From Escherichia coli (GTDB lineage Bacteria; Pseudomonadota; Gammaproteobacteria; Enterobacterales; Enterobacteriaceae), in the NCBI RefSeq assembly GCF_003991155.1, contig NZ_CP031293.1: a stretch of DNA of 64,000 nt. One strand, written 5' to 3'. Positions 35,607 to 49,492 of the stretch are shown here, in pieces. The notes under the pieces are model-generated. The model saw only the letters and a list, made by a program, of their open reading frames with translations, did not search any database and was not told the DNA's origin. Position 1 is the stretch's first letter; the number at the start of each line of letters is the position of its first letter. A program made the translations under genes and the position numbers.

Positions 35607-36293
35607 ATGGACGTATTCATGCAGAATATTATTCTTTTATTTATATATTTATTACTTATAGTCGTTAACCATTTCCGCTACAAATTCCTTTTGTCTGGCA
35701 ACACGGGTGAAATGATTTTATATTTTGCTAACGTATTTTTTAACCCACTTGCCTTATCATTTATTATCGCCGCAATCATCTGTATAACGATAAAAAAAAG
35801 AAGCAGCCACAGCTTTATTCGCGGCACTTGTTGGTTAATGGGATTATTTCTTATCTATAGCAGCTATACAGTGTGGGAACGACACAGCACATGGGATTAT
35901 ACTTTCCCGGGGCCAGGTATCACCGTCACAGTTCCGAGCAAACAGTGGGTTGCCAATATAGTAAAACAAGGACCAATCCTGGTGACTCGGGATGCCCATG
36001 CTATTTTAGTTATTGTTGCCTTCTCACAAAATGAACTCGGTGTGCATTCAATCGAGGAACTTACCGCGACTCAAAACGGAACTGCACAAATGCATGTTTG
36101 TGATGTTAAGGGATTTGCCTGCGCTTATCAGGAAGGAATTCAAACAATGAGTGATGGCAAAATAAGACATGCTATTTTCATGACTCTACTGGATAACACT
36201 AATTTGATACGACTGGTCGCAGCTATCGACCCAGATTATTTGGACGAATATCAAGAAGAAGTAATGAAAATGATACTTTCTGCCCATCAATAA
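35607..36293 (+). CDS. Hypothetical 3-TM membrane protein, islet paralog A
   Basis: 228 aa AT-rich ORF; three N-terminal hydrophobic helices then a soluble domain; shares motif blocks with the downstream paralog (LLSGxxG, IKK, RGxCWxxG, WxYTF, ITVTxP, MxSA); the start may be the internal ATG at 35619. Confidence 0.6.
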   Translation: MDVFMQNIILLFIYLLLIVVNHFRYKFLLSGNTGEMILYFANVFFNPLALSFIIAAIICITIKKRSSHSFIRGTCWLMGLFLIYSSYTVWERHSTWDYTFPGPGITVTVPSKQWVANIVKQGPILVTRDAHAILVIVAFSQNELGVHSIEELTATQNGTAQMHVCDVKGFACAYQEGIQTMSDGKIRHAIFMTLLDNTNLIRLVAAIDPDYLDEYQEEVMKMILSAHQ

Positions 36294-36325
36294 TCTGATG
36301 TGCATGTTAATAATAAGGGATTGAT

Positions 36326-37042
36326 ATGAGATACGTTATCTTATTAATACTATGGATAATAACTACTTTTCTTAGTCATCTTCAGCACAGCAACCTACTG
36401 TCTGGAGATCCTGGCATGGTTGGCGAGTATATCGGTTCAGTATTTCTGGGGCCGTTGTTACTTCCCGTGCTTGTGTCAGGTATTCTGTGCGCATTTATTA
36501 AAAAAACACGTAACTTCGCCAGTTTTACTCGCGGGTGCTGTTGGGTATTGGGAATCCTGCTTTTATCCAAAGTCGGCAATACGTTTCGTATGTTTACCCC
36601 GTGGCAATATACCTTTGAGAATGCTGCGATAACCGTGACTATCCCGAACCGACACTGGAATACGGTTTCCATTAGTACTAATGAAACCATTGATATAAGA
36701 AGTGAGGATAATAGCGTCTTCATTTCTGCTTTCCGCCTGCCCGCAGGACGTAGCGCCGATGACCCGCTGGAAGCGTTAAAGAAGAAGCAGCGAGACAATC
36801 TCAAGGATCAATACAATGAGGAAGCCTTCCAGTTTCATGATTGTAATGCCAAACATTTCACCTGTAAGTATCAGGATGTGTTGATAAATTTTGATGGTCA
36901 GCAGAAAAGAACCATCAGTGTTTATCTTGAAGACACCCCCAGGGCTGTGGGGATCATTGCATTAATGGCGCCAGATACGGCAGATAAATATCGCCAACAG
37001 GCGATGGAGATTATGCTTTCCGCTAAAAATGCAGTGAAGTAA
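36326..37042 (+). CDS. Hypothetical 3-TM membrane protein, islet paralog B
   Basis: 238 aa AT-rich ORF with the same topology and motif blocks as paralog A; followed by hairpin aaggcgccttgcggcgcct. Confidence 0.6.
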   Translation: MRYVILLILWIITTFLSHLQHSNLLSGDPGMVGEYIGSVFLGPLLLPVLVSGILCAFIKKTRNFASFTRGCCWVLGILLLSKVGNTFRMFTPWQYTFENAAITVTIPNRHWNTVSISTNETIDIRSEDNSVFISAFRLPAGRSADDPLEALKKKQRDNLKDQYNEEAFQFHDCNAKHFTCKYQDVLINFDGQQKRTISVYLEDTPRAVGIIALMAPDTADKYRQQAMEIMLSAKNAVK

Positions 37043-37080
37043 AAAATAAGGCGCCTTGCGGCGCCTCTACATGGAAGAGA

Positions 37081-37374
<294 letters not shown>

Positions 37375-37750
37375 TTACCGGTGACGCCTTAATAAATACG
37401 AGCGCACTTTAGTTAGCTCCGATTGTATGAAGCCGCGCTATCGCTGTCCAGCGGCACGCCTTGCAGATTACGGTTTGCCACACTTTTCATCCTTCTCCTG
37501 GTGACATAATCCACATCAATCGAAAATGTTAATAAATTTGTTGCGCGAATGATCTAACAAACATGCATCATGTACAATCAGATGGAATAAATGGCGCGAT
37601 AACGCTCATTTTATGACGAAGCACACACATTTTAAGTTCGATATTTCTCGTTTTTGCTCGTTAACGATAAGTTTACAGCATGCCTACAAGCATCGTGGAG
37701 GTCCGTGACTTTCACGCATACAACAAACATTAACTCTTCAGGATCCGATT

Positions 37751-40127
<2,377 letters not shown>

Positions 40128-40135
40128 TAATGATT

Positions 40136-40235
40136 GCCTGATGCGACGCTTGCGCGTCTTATCAGGCCTACGAGTCGGATACACATCCGGCATCACGCAG
40201 ACTCTGAAACCGTGCGGGGGCAACCCCGCACACAT
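40136..40235. repeat. REP (repetitive extragenic palindrome) elements in the glpK-glpX spacer
   Basis: gcctgatgcgacgcttgcgcgtcttatcaggcctac matches the REP consensus; a second GC-rich palindrome (gcgggggcaaccccgca) follows. Confidence 0.75.
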
Positions 40236-40297
40236 CAATAATCCAGCCCTTCCCCTGTGCTACACTTCGCGCCATTCCTTACTGCTTAGAGTTTGCT

Positions 40298-41308
40298 ATG
40301 AGACGAGAACTTGCCATCGAATTTTCCCGCGTCACCGAATCAGCGGCGCTGGCTGGCTACAAATGGTTAGGACGCGGCGATAAAAACACCGCGGACGGCG
40401 CGGCGGTAAACGCCATGCGTATTATGCTCAACCAGGTCAACATTGACGGCACTATCGTCATTGGTGAAGGTGAAATCGACGAAGCACCGATGCTCTACAT
40501 TGGTGAAAAAGTCGGTACTGGTCGCGGCGACGCGGTAGATATTGCTGTTGATCCGATTGAAGGCACGCGCATGACGGCGATGGGCCAGGCTAACGCGCTG
40601 GCGGTGCTGGCAGTAGGCGATAAAGGCTGTTTCCTCAACGCGCCAGATATGTATATGGAGAAGCTGATCGTCGGACCGGGAGCCAAAGGCACCATTGATC
40701 TGAACCTGCCGCTGGCGGATAACCTGCGCAATGTTGCGGCGGCGCTCGGCAAACCGTTGAGCGAACTGACGGTAACGATTCTGGCTAAACCACGCCACGA
40801 TGCCGTTATCGCTGAAATGCAGCAACTCGGCGTACGCGTATTTGCTATTCCGGATGGCGACGTTGCGGCCTCAATTCTCACCTGTATGCCAGACAGCGAA
40901 GTCGATGTGCTGTACGGCATTGGCGGCGCGCCGGAAGGCGTGGTTTCTGCGGCGGTGATCCGCGCATTAGATGGCGACATGAATGGTCGTCTGCTGGCAC
41001 GTCATGACGTCAAAGGCGACAACGAAGAGAATCGTCGCATTGGCGAGCAGGAGCTGGCGCGCTGCAAAGCGATGGGCATCGAAGCTGGTAAAGTTTTACG
41101 TCTGGGCGATATGGCGCGCAGCGACAACGTCATCTTTTCTGCCACCGGTATTACCAAAGGCGATCTGCTGGAAGGTATTAGCCGCAAAGGCAATATCGCC
41201 ACCACCGAAACGCTGCTGATCCGTGGTAAATCACGCACCATTCGCCGCATTCAGTCCATCCACTATCTGGATCGCAAAGACCCGGAAATGCAGGTGCACA
41301 TTCTCTGA
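40298..41308 (+). CDS. glpX: Fructose-1,6-bisphosphatase class II
   Basis: 336 aa ORF starting MRRELAIEFSRVTESAALAGYKWLGRGDKN. Confidence 0.95.
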   Translation: MRRELAIEFSRVTESAALAGYKWLGRGDKNTADGAAVNAMRIMLNQVNIDGTIVIGEGEIDEAPMLYIGEKVGTGRGDAVDIAVDPIEGTRMTAMGQANALAVLAVGDKGCFLNAPDMYMEKLIVGPGAKGTIDLNLPLADNLRNVAAALGKPLSELTVTILAKPRHDAVIAEMQQLGVRVFAIPDGDVAASILTCMPDSEVDVLYGIGGAPEGVVSAAVIRALDGDMNGRLLARHDVKGDNEENRRIGEQELARCKAMGIEAGKVLRLGDMARSDNVIFSATGITKGDLLEGISRKGNIATTETLLIRGKSRTIRRIQSIHYLDRKDPEMQVHIL

Positions 41309-41334
41309 GTGATTTGATCGATTGAGCCTTCCAG

Positions 41335-41365
41335 TCCTTCGGGACTGGAATTTTTTTGTTCGGAG
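41335..41365 (+). terminator. glpX intrinsic terminator
   Basis: ccagtccttcgggactgg followed by aattttttt. Confidence 0.7.
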
Positions 41366-41404
41366 AACGAAGATAAGGCAAGTCAATCAAAACAGGAGAA
41401 AAAC

Positions 41405-42151
41405 ATGGCTGATTGGGTAACAGGCAAAGTCACTAAAGTGCAGAACTGGACCGACGCCCTGTTTAGTCTCACCGTTCACGCCCCCGTGCTTCCGTTTACC
41501 GCCGGGCAATTCACCAAACTTGGCCTTGAAATTGACGGCGAACGCGTCCAGCGCGCCTACTCCTATGTTAACTCGCCCGATAATCCCGATCTGGAGTTTT
41601 ACCTGGTCACCGTCCCCGATGGCAAATTAAGCCCACTACTGGCGGCACTGAAACCGGGCGATGAAGTGCAGGTGGTTAGCGAAGCAGCTGGCTTCTTTGT
41701 GCTGGATGAAGTACCAGATTGCGAAACGCTATGGATGCTGGCAACCGGTACAGCGATTGGCCCTTATCTATCGATTCTGCAACTGGGTAAAGATTTAGAT
41801 CGCTTCAAAAATCTGGTCCTGGTTCACGCCGCACGTTATGCCGCCGACTTAAGCTATTTGCCACTGATGCAAGAACTGGAAAAACGCTACGAAGGCAAAC
41901 TGCGCATTCAGACGGTGGTCAGTCGGGAAACGGCTGCGGGTTCGCTCACTGGGCGGATACCGGCGTTAATTGAAAGTGGTGAACTGGAAAGCGCGGTTGG
42001 CCTGCCGATGAATAAAGAAACCAGCCATGTGATGCTGTGCGGCAATCCACAGATGGTGCGCGATACACAACAGTTGCTGAAGGAGACCCGGCAGATGACG
42101 AAACATTTACGTCGTCGACCGGGCCATATGACAGCGGAGCATTACTGGTAA
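41405..42151 (+). CDS. fpr: Ferredoxin/flavodoxin-NADP+ reductase
   Basis: 248 aa ORF starting MADWVTGKVTKVQNWTDALFSLTVHAP with FAD-binding RAYS motif. Confidence 0.94.
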   Translation: MADWVTGKVTKVQNWTDALFSLTVHAPVLPFTAGQFTKLGLEIDGERVQRAYSYVNSPDNPDLEFYLVTVPDGKLSPLLAALKPGDEVQVVSEAAGFFVLDEVPDCETLWMLATGTAIGPYLSILQLGKDLDRFKNLVLVHAARYAADLSYLPLMQELEKRYEGKLRIQTVVSRETAAGSLTGRIPALIESGELESAVGLPMNKETSHVMLCGNPQMVRDTQQLLKETRQMTKHLRRRPGHMTAEHYW

Positions 42152-42155
42152 GCGG

Positions 42156-42584
42156 TTACTTATCGATAAACGGCACGATGAGCAAATCCGCACTCAACTT
42201 ATTGATCATCCCGCGATATGCCGGCATCAAACGGTTGATAAATGAGTGGTGATGACCACAGACAAGGAGGTCGCACTGCTCTTTTTGCATAATTTCCAGC
42301 AGTGTTTCCGGCATTTCTCCGCGTTCAATACGCAGTTTTGTCTTCGGCCATTGAATATTTTTCGTCAGTTTATACAGCTTGTTATCCGACTTATTCTTCA
42401 ACAATTGAAGAATATCTTCTGTTGCAGGGAAGTAGATACCCGGATACAACTCGCTTAAGCCATCATCAATATGAATTAACGTCAGGTGAGCGTCATTATG
42501 TCTGGCGAGCTCCAGGGCTTTATTCACCAGTAAGGCATCTTCTTCATTCCCGGAAATTGCCACGCCAATGTGTTTATAAGCCAT
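42156..42584 (-). CDS. uspD: Universal stress protein D
   Basis: 142 aa ORF starting [27 protein letters not shown]; Usp fold. Confidence 0.92.
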   Translation of the reverse strand: MAYKHIGVAISGNEEDALLVNKALELARHNDAHLTLIHIDDGLSELYPGIYFPATEDILQLLKNKSDNKLYKLTKNIQWPKTKLRIERGEMPETLLEIMQKEQCDLLVCGHHHSFINRLMPAYRGMINKLSADLLIVPFIDK

Positions 42585-42610
42585 GTTTAACTCCTTCTAA
42601 AGCAACTCCA

Positions 42611-42910
42611 TCAAGCTAACGAACGCAGTGATAACTCAAAAATAATCATCTCGGCCTGGCATGAGAAGGTGAAGGCCGCATCAAGCTCAACTTGCCCTTC
42701 CAGATCCTTAATCTTATAGGCTACGCTGGCCCCTTCATCTGCAGAGGATGCAGCGGCGGCAAGCTCTTTCAGTTTGGTCATAAAGGACTCTGCTTCTTCG
42801 CGGGTGGCAAAAAAGCGCGAAAACTTACTGGTACAGTTGTCGTTATCAATCACCGTACCGATATCAATCGCACATCCTTTAGTACTGCATTTATCTACGA
42901 CATCTTTCAT
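42611..42910 (-). CDS. yiiS: UPF0381/DUF406 family protein YiiS
   Basis: 99 aa ORF starting [30 protein letters not shown]; synteny. Confidence 0.85.
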   Translation of the reverse strand: MKDVVDKCSTKGCAIDIGTVIDNDNCTSKFSRFFATREEAESFMTKLKELAAAASSADEGASVAYKIKDLEGQVELDAAFTFSCQAEMIIFELSLRSLA

Positions 42911-43121
42911 AGGGCACCTCTGTATATTCGCCTCTCTGTCGATTACGACTTAAGAATAATGCGCCGTTAAAGGAAGAACAAACAAGTAATGATCTTATGG
43001 ATTACCATTTTTTTTGATATTGCTTAAGGTGAAGAGTTCAGAAGGATTTTCCGGGCATTGTCATTTGCATCGTGGAAATAACAATCCCGGAAAAAAATAG
43101 CAGTAAGAGATATATTAAAGG

Positions 43122-43562
43122 TTAATTACTTGATTTATTGTCGGCTTTATACTTCACATCCTGGGTATCTTTACCATATTTATTTTCGCCTTGTGTGCCA
43201 ACAAACGCACCAAGATCGATAAGCATCATCACCAGAATCAATGTCGGGACAAAACGCCCCACCGCCCATTGCCAGACACCCGGTAAAATCGCCCAGTTAC
43301 CCGCCAGCAGCATCCACGCCACAATCATCAGAAATGCCCATGCGCCGGAACGCCCGCGATCATGCAAGCGCTTAACGGTTACTGCCGCTGTTGGCCAAAG
43401 CAAGCACACAAGGCAAAACGCCGCGGTCTGAATATCGAGTAAATTTTTACCCGCCAGTGAGAAAAGCACCAGCATGCCTGCGAACCACAGGCCTATCCAA
43501 ATCCAGAAATCACGGCGTCCAATACGCCCTTTAAATGAGAATAACCATTGCTGTATGGTCAT
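43122..43562 (-). CDS. yiiR: DUF805 inner-membrane protein YiiR
   Basis: 146 aa ORF with several hydrophobic helices; synteny. Confidence 0.85.
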   Translation of the reverse strand: MTIQQWLFSFKGRIGRRDFWIWIGLWFAGMLVLFSLAGKNLLDIQTAAFCLVCLLWPTAAVTVKRLHDRGRSGAWAFLMIVAWMLLAGNWAILPGVWQWAVGRFVPTLILVMMLIDLGAFVGTQGENKYGKDTQDVKYKADNKSSN

Positions 43563-43662
43563 GTAAGTTCCTTGATGGTTGTCTTTTCCAGGATTCTACC
43601 CTTTTGACAAGGGCGACAGATATCGTTTTAATCGGAGCCAGTCATAACAAAAGGTACTGTCA

Positions 43663-44262
43663 ATGAAGCCAGGGTGTACGCTGTTTTTTCTCTTATATTC
43701 TGCATTAACCGTTACAACAACGGCGTATGCACAAACACCAGATACGGCAACGACCGCGCCTTATCTGCTGGCTGGAGCCCCTACTTTCGATCTCTCCATC
43801 AGCCAGTTTCGAGAAGACTTTAACAGCCAGAATCCCAGCCTGCCACTGAACGAATTTCGTGCCATCGACAGCAGTCCCGACAAAGCCAATCTCACTCGTG
43901 CTGCCAGTAAAATTAACGAGAACTTGTATGCTTCTACAGCGCTGGAGCGCGGTACCTTAAAAATCAAAAGCATTCAAATGACCTGGCTACCCATCCAGGG
44001 GCCAGAGCAAAAAGCCGCGAAAGCGAAAGCTCAGGAATACATGGCAGCGGTGATCCGCACACTCACCCCATTAATGACCAAAACACAAAGCCAGAAAAAA
44101 CTGCAGTCGCTACTAACGGCGGGGAAAAACAAACGTTATTACACCGAGACAGAAGGTGCACTGCGTTATGTTGTCGCGGACAACGGCGAAAAGGGGCTGA
44201 CCTTCGCTGTTGAACCGATTAAGCTGGCGCTATCTGAATCGCTTGAAGGTTTGAATAAATGA
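43663..44262 (+). CDS. yiiQ: DUF1454 secreted protein YiiQ
   Basis: 199 aa ORF with signal peptide; synteny upstream of tpiA. Confidence 0.85.
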   Translation: MKPGCTLFFLLYSALTVTTTAYAQTPDTATTAPYLLAGAPTFDLSISQFREDFNSQNPSLPLNEFRAIDSSPDKANLTRAASKINENLYASTALERGTLKIKSIQMTWLPIQGPEQKAAKAKAQEYMAAVIRTLTPLMTKTQSQKKLQSLLTAGKNKRYYTETEGALRYVVADNGEKGLTFAVEPIKLALSESLEGLNK

Positions 44263-44369
44263 CAAAAAGCAAAGCCTTTGTGCCGATGAATCTCTATACT
44301 GTTTCACAGACCTGCTGCCCTGCGGGGCGGCCATCTTCCTTTATTCGCTTATAAGCGTGGAGAATTAAA

Positions 44370-45137
44370 ATGCGACATCCTTTAGTGATGGGTAACTGGA
44401 AACTGAACGGCAGCCGCCACATGGTTCACGAGCTGGTTTCTAACCTGCGTAAAGAGCTGGCAGGTGTTGCTGGCTGTGCGGTTGCAATCGCACCACCGGA
44501 AATGTACATCGATATGGCGAAGCGCGAAGCTGAAGGCAGCCACATCATGCTGGGTGCGCAAAACGTGGACCTGAACCTGTCCGGCGCATTCACCGGTGAA
44601 ACCTCTGCTGCTATGCTGAAAGACATCGGCGCACAGTACATCATCATCGGCCACTCTGAACGTCGTACTTACCACAAAGAGTCTGACGAACTGATCGCGA
44701 AAAAATTCGCGGTGCTGAAAGAGCAGGGACTGACTCCGGTTCTGTGCATCGGTGAAACCGAAGCGGAAAACGAAGCGGGCAAAACTGAAGAAGTTTGTGC
44801 ACGTCAGATCGACGCGGTACTGAAAACTCAGGGGGCTGCGGCATTCGAAGGTGCGGTTATCGCTTACGAACCTGTATGGGCAATCGGTACTGGCAAATCT
44901 GCAACTCCGGCTCAGGCACAGGCTGTTCACAAATTCATCCGTGACCACATCGCTAAAGTTGACGCTAACATCGCTGAACAAGTGATCATCCAGTACGGCG
45001 GCTCTGTAAACGCGTCTAACGCTGCAGAACTGTTTGCTCAGCCAGACATCGACGGCGCGCTGGTTGGCGGTGCTTCTCTGAAAGCTGACGCTTTCGCAGT
45101 GATCGTTAAAGCTGCAGAAGCGGCTAAACAGGCTTAA
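44370..45137 (+). CDS. tpiA: Triosephosphate isomerase
   Basis: 255 aa ORF; active-site motifs [26 protein letters not shown]. Confidence 0.97.
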
Positions 45138-45147
45138 GTCTGACAGG

Positions 45148-45172
45148 TGCCGGATTTCATATCCGGCACTTA
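45148..45172. terminator. Hairpin between convergent tpiA and cdh
   Basis: gtgccggatttcatatccggcac, perfect 9 bp stem. Confidence 0.6.
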
Positions 45173-45191
45173 CTTTCCTTAACTCCTCGCC

Positions 45192-45947
45192 TTAACGCAA
45201 AATCTCACACTGATGATCCTGGATTTCCTCGGCTGAAGCACGGTTCAGCGTCAGTAGATTTCGTTGTGTCGCCAGCAATACAAATGAGTTATCACTCTGC
45301 CGTACCATTGCCAGCCCGTAGCTTCCCATATGTTCCCGCGCCTCAGGCACTTCTTCTGCAAGCATCATAAATGGGCTGCGTTGTACCAGTTCGCTTTCCG
45401 TTACCCGACGCGCCAGGTACTCATGCCCACGCAAACCACCTGGCAGTGGCAACCAGCGGCTACTGATGTTCGCCAGATTGTTATCCAGCTGTTCGCGCAC
45501 ATCAGGACGAATACAAGAAATATGAATATGAAAATGGTTTTGCGTACGCCCGGTGCGAGAGTTGATCGCCAAAGAAACCGCGCGATCGGGAACCGGCTGG
45601 CCGTATTTTTTGCTCATAAAATCACGCGCCTGCCAGGCCAACCAAAAGAAGTTCGGCGTTGAAGGATCGGTCAACAAAGGACTTTCAGTACCGTTAATAC
45701 GATACGTTGGCATCAACAGATATTGCAGTGGGCCATTAAGATCTTTTAAAACCACGTATCCGGCGTTGGGTTTGACTTCCGCACATGGCGAAGGATTTTG
45801 ATTTTGCTGCTGATTGGGCAAACATTCCTCAAGGACAATCTTACGTAATGTATCCGACTCTTCACCGGTTAATTTCCAGTAACCAATACCGGCAGCCACA
45901 ACGGCGATAACTATCATCACCAAAAAAAGAAGACCCGCTTTTTTCAT
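45192..45947 (-). CDS. cdh: CDP-diacylglycerol pyrophosphatase
   Basis: 251 aa from [26 protein letters not shown]; the ORF-track start at 46139 is an extension overlapping sbp. Confidence 0.9.
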   Translation of the reverse strand: MKKAGLLFLVMIVIAVVAAGIGYWKLTGEESDTLRKIVLEECLPNQQQNQNPSPCAEVKPNAGYVVLKDLNGPLQYLLMPTYRINGTESPLLTDPSTPNFFWLAWQARDFMSKKYGQPVPDRAVSLAINSRTGRTQNHFHIHISCIRPDVREQLDNNLANISSRWLPLPGGLRGHEYLARRVTESELVQRSPFMMLAEEVPEAREHMGSYGLAMVRQSDNSFVLLATQRNLLTLNRASAEEIQDHQCEILR

Positions 45948-46053
45948 CTTTTTTTCCCTGTACCTCAAAGAGATGCAAGGGTAACGCAAAATCGTGACAA
46001 ATAAAAAACCCGGTCGCGAGAAACCACCGGGTTTGATAATTATCCTGGAGAAA

Positions 46054-47043
46054 TCAGCGTTTGCTGATCTGATCGAACGTACCGCCGTTAGCAAAATGCT
46101 CTTTTTGCGCTTTCGTCCAGCCGCCGAACTCTTCATCAATGGTGAATAACTTCAGCTTTGGAAACGCATTTTCGTACTTTTTCGCCACCTCAGCATCGCG
46201 CGGACGGTAGTAGTTTTTCGCGGCAATTTCCTGACCTTCTGGCGAGTAGAGATATTTCAGGTAGGCTTCCGCCACCTCTTTGGTGCCTTTTTTCTCGACC
46301 ACTTTATCGACCACCGACACGGTTGGCTCTGCGAGGATAGACTCACTCGGCGTGACGATTTCGAATTTATCTTTCCCCAGTTCATTCGCTGCCAGCAGAG
46401 CTTCGTTTTCCCAGGCGATCAGTACATCGCCAATTCCGCGCTCGACAAAAGTGTTAGTGGAGCCGCGCGCGCCAGAATCCAGAACTTCGACGTTTTTATA
46501 CAGTGCCCGAACAAAATCCTGTGCTTTTGCCTGATCGTTGTTGTTGTGATGCAGCGCGTAGCCCCAGGCAGCCAGGTAGTTCCAGCGCGCGCCACCAGAG
46601 CTTTTCGGATTAGGCGTGATCACCGAAACACCCGGTTTAATCAGATCGTTCCAGTCATGGATCTGCTTCGGATTGCCCTTACGCACCAGGAAAACAATGG
46701 TGGAAGTGTACGGTGCGGAGTTATCCGGCAGACGTTTGATCCACTCTTTATCAATCCGCCCGCGTTCCGCAATCGCGTCCACGTCATAGGCCAGAGCCAG
46801 CGTGACAACATCAGCTTCAATACCATTGATTACCGACGTCGCTTGTTTGCCTGAACCACCGTGTGACTGACGAATCACCACGTTATCGCCAATTTGCTGT
46901 TTCCAGTGGGCGCTGAATGCCTTGTTGTACTGTTCGTACAATTCGCGCGTTGGATCATATGAAACGTTAAGAAGCTGAATATCCTTTGCCATAACGCTGG
47001 TTGCCGCCAGCAAAAATGTTAACCCTACGCCCCACTTGTTCAT
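46054..47043 (-). CDS. sbp: Periplasmic sulfate-binding protein
   Basis: 329 aa ORF with signal peptide [19 protein letters not shown]; recognised as E. coli Sbp. Confidence 0.94.
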   Translation of the reverse strand: MNKWGVGLTFLLAATSVMAKDIQLLNVSYDPTRELYEQYNKAFSAHWKQQIGDNVVIRQSHGGSGKQATSVINGIEADVVTLALAYDVDAIAERGRIDKEWIKRLPDNSAPYTSTIVFLVRKGNPKQIHDWNDLIKPGVSVITPNPKSSGGARWNYLAAWGYALHHNNNDQAKAQDFVRALYKNVEVLDSGARGSTNTFVERGIGDVLIAWENEALLAANELGKDKFEIVTPSESILAEPTVSVVDKVVEKKGTKEVAEAYLKYLYSPEGQEIAAKNYYRPRDAEVAKKYENAFPKLKLFTIDEEFGGWTKAQKEHFANGGTFDQISKR

Positions 47044-47206
47044 CGCCCGACTCTCTTATGTTGTGTTGTGATGAGCAAAGCGTGCCAGAAGGTTAACCAA
47101 ACATTAAAGAATAAAAAAAGATTGGCTATAACTTGCGGGTATATGTTGAGGGATTAAAAAGGCGGAAGAAATCCGCCTCATATTGCTGACAAAGTGCGCT
47201 TTGTCC

Positions 47207-47307
47207 ATGCCGGATGCGGCGCGAACGCCTTATCCGGCCTACAAAAGTTTGCAAATTCAATAAATTGCAGAATTCATGTAGGCCTGATAAGCGAAGCGCA
47301 TCAGGCA
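47207..47307. repeat. BIME: two REP elements in inverted orientation (sbp-pfkA spacer)
   Basis: gccggatgcggcgcgaacgccttatccggcctaca and its inverted partner tgtaggcctgataagcgaagcgcatcaggcat, separated by an AT-rich linker. Confidence 0.8.
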
Positions 47308-47362
47308 TTTTTGCTTCTGTCATCGGTTTCAGGCTAAAGGAATCTGCCTTTTTCCGAAATCA

Positions 47363-48325
47363 TTAATACAGTTTTTTCGCGCAGTCCAGCCAGTCGCCTT
47401 TGAACGGACGCTTCATGTTTTCGATAGCGTCGATGATGTCGTGGTGAACCAGCTGTTCGTTCTGGATACCTACGCAACGACCGCCGTAGCCTGCCAGCAG
47501 CAGATCGATAGCGTAAGCGCCCATACGGGAAGCCAGAATACGGTCGTAAGGCACCGGAGAACCACCGCGCTGGATGTGGCCCAGCACAGTTGCGCGGGTT
47601 TCACGACCGGTTTCTTTCTCGATGAAATGCGCCAGTTCGTCAACATCACACATATGTTCGGTAATCGCCACGATCGCGTGTTTTTTACCTTTCGCGATAC
47701 CCGCTTTGATTTCGTTTACCAGGTCTTCACGGCTGAATTCAACTTCCGGAACTACAACGAATTCACAGCCACCGGCAATGGCCGCAGCCAGGGTCAGATC
47801 GCCACAATAACGACCCATCACTTCCACCACGGAAATACGCTGGTGAGAAGAAGAGGTGTCACGCAGACGGTCGATCGCTTCTACAACGGTGCTCAGCGCA
47901 GTGAAGAAACCGATAGTGTAGTCAGTGCCTTTGATGTCGTTGTCGATAGTGCCCGGCAGGCCGATGCACGGGAAGCCCATTTCGGTCAGACGCATTGCAC
48001 CCATGTAGGAACCGTCACCGCCGATAACCACCAGCGCGTCGATACCACGTTTTTTCAGGTTTTCGATAGCCACGGCGCGGATGTTCTCGTCGCGGAATTC
48101 CGGGAAACGCGCAGAACCGAGGAACGTACCGCCACGGTTGATCATGTCAGAAACGCTGTAACGGTCTAGCTGTACCATACGGTCTTCATACAGACCCAGA
48201 TAGCCGTCATAAATGCCCATTACTTCCAGACCTTCTGTCAGCGCAGAACGAACAACCCCGCGAATTGCGGCGTTCATGCCTGGCGCATCACCGCCGCTTG
48301 TCAACACACCGATTTTCTTAATCAT
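47363..48325 (-). CDS. pfkA: ATP-dependent 6-phosphofructokinase I
   Basis: 320 aa from [25 protein letters not shown]; the ORF-track start at 48421 is an extension. Confidence 0.97.
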
Positions 48326-48505
48326 GACTACCTCTGAACTTTGGAATGCAAAATGAAATCTGTTGCCGGAAGTCTTCTTGCACATCGAAGTGATCCAACG
48401 AATGTGCAAATAGTATAACAATCACTTCCTGCTGAATTGATTCAGGTCAGGCCAAATGGCGGTATTTTATACACAAAATGCGGGTCTGGCTCTCTTTTAT
48501 ACTGA

Positions 48506-49408
48506 TTATGAAAGCATAGACCGTTTACCCTCCCTGGGTACGACGGAACAGGGGTCCTGATGGATAATCACATCCGATCCCGGAAAACGCCGTAAAATAG
48601 CCTGCTCTACCTGATCCGCCACCATATGTGCCTGAACCAAAGGCAGAGAGTCTTCCATTTCCAAATGAATCTGAATAAAGCGGGTCGGCCCTGACTGCCG
48701 CGTGCGAAGATCGTGAGCGCCGCTAACACCCGGCCAGGAAGTCACGATATCAATAATTTCTTGCCGTTCCTCATCAGGTAATGCGCGATCCAGTAATGAC
48801 TGTACCGCCTCATATCCCATGCGTAACGCGCTATATAAAATATAGATGCCGATTCCCAATGCAAACAGAGCATCGGCGCGATGCCAGCCGTACCAGGACA
48901 ACCCCAGCGCCAGCAGAATTGCGCCGTTCATCATAACATCAGACTGGTAATGTAGCATATCAGCCCGCACCGCCTGGCTTTGCGTCCGGCGCACCACCCA
49001 ACGCTGAAACGAGACAAGGATAATCGTACAAATTAGCGCCACAATTGTCACGATAACCCCGACGCCTGGATCTGTCATCGGCGTTGGAGATACCAGATGT
49101 TGAATACCTGTCAAAAACAGGAATAGTGCCGAACCGGAGATAAACATACTTTGCGCCAGCGCCGCGAGGGACTCAGCTTTACCGTGACCAAACGAGTGAT
49201 TATCGTCGGCAGGTTGCAGGGAATATCGCACCACCAATAAATTCGTCAACGACGCGCCGATATCCACCAGCGAATCCACCAGCGCGGCGAGAATACTCAC
49301 CGACCCGGTATACCACCATGCAAAAATTTTAATCAGCAATAGCAGCGAAGCCATCGCCGTCGCAGCAATCGCCGCCCGACTGACCAGCCGTCCATAAGAT
49401 TGATTCAT
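48506..49408 (-). CDS. fieF: Cation-diffusion facilitator (Fe/Zn efflux) FieF
   Basis: 300 aa from [25 protein letters not shown]; the track ORF is extended by 14 codons. Confidence 0.93.
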   Translation of the reverse strand: MNQSYGRLVSRAAIAATAMASLLLLIKIFAWWYTGSVSILAALVDSLVDIGASLTNLLVVRYSLQPADDNHSFGHGKAESLAALAQSMFISGSALFLFLTGIQHLVSPTPMTDPGVGVIVTIVALICTIILVSFQRWVVRRTQSQAVRADMLHYQSDVMMNGAILLALGLSWYGWHRADALFALGIGIYILYSALRMGYEAVQSLLDRALPDEERQEIIDIVTSWPGVSGAHDLRTRQSGPTRFIQIHLEMEDSLPLVQAHMVADQVEQAILRRFPGSDVIIHQDPCSVVPREGKRSMLS

Positions 49409-49492
49409 AAATACTCCCGCTATCAACTGACGGTAGTATAACGGAAGCAAATCATCTGCAATGCATTAAGCAGCAGGCAAATTGAGGATAAA

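Noticed and set aside
44382-44981. 199 aa minus-strand ORF
   Set aside because: Antisense to tpiA; shadow ORF.
47441-48169. 242 aa plus-strand ORF
   Set aside because: Antisense to pfkA; the translation is low-complexity (Thr/Val/Arg-rich) and not protein-like.
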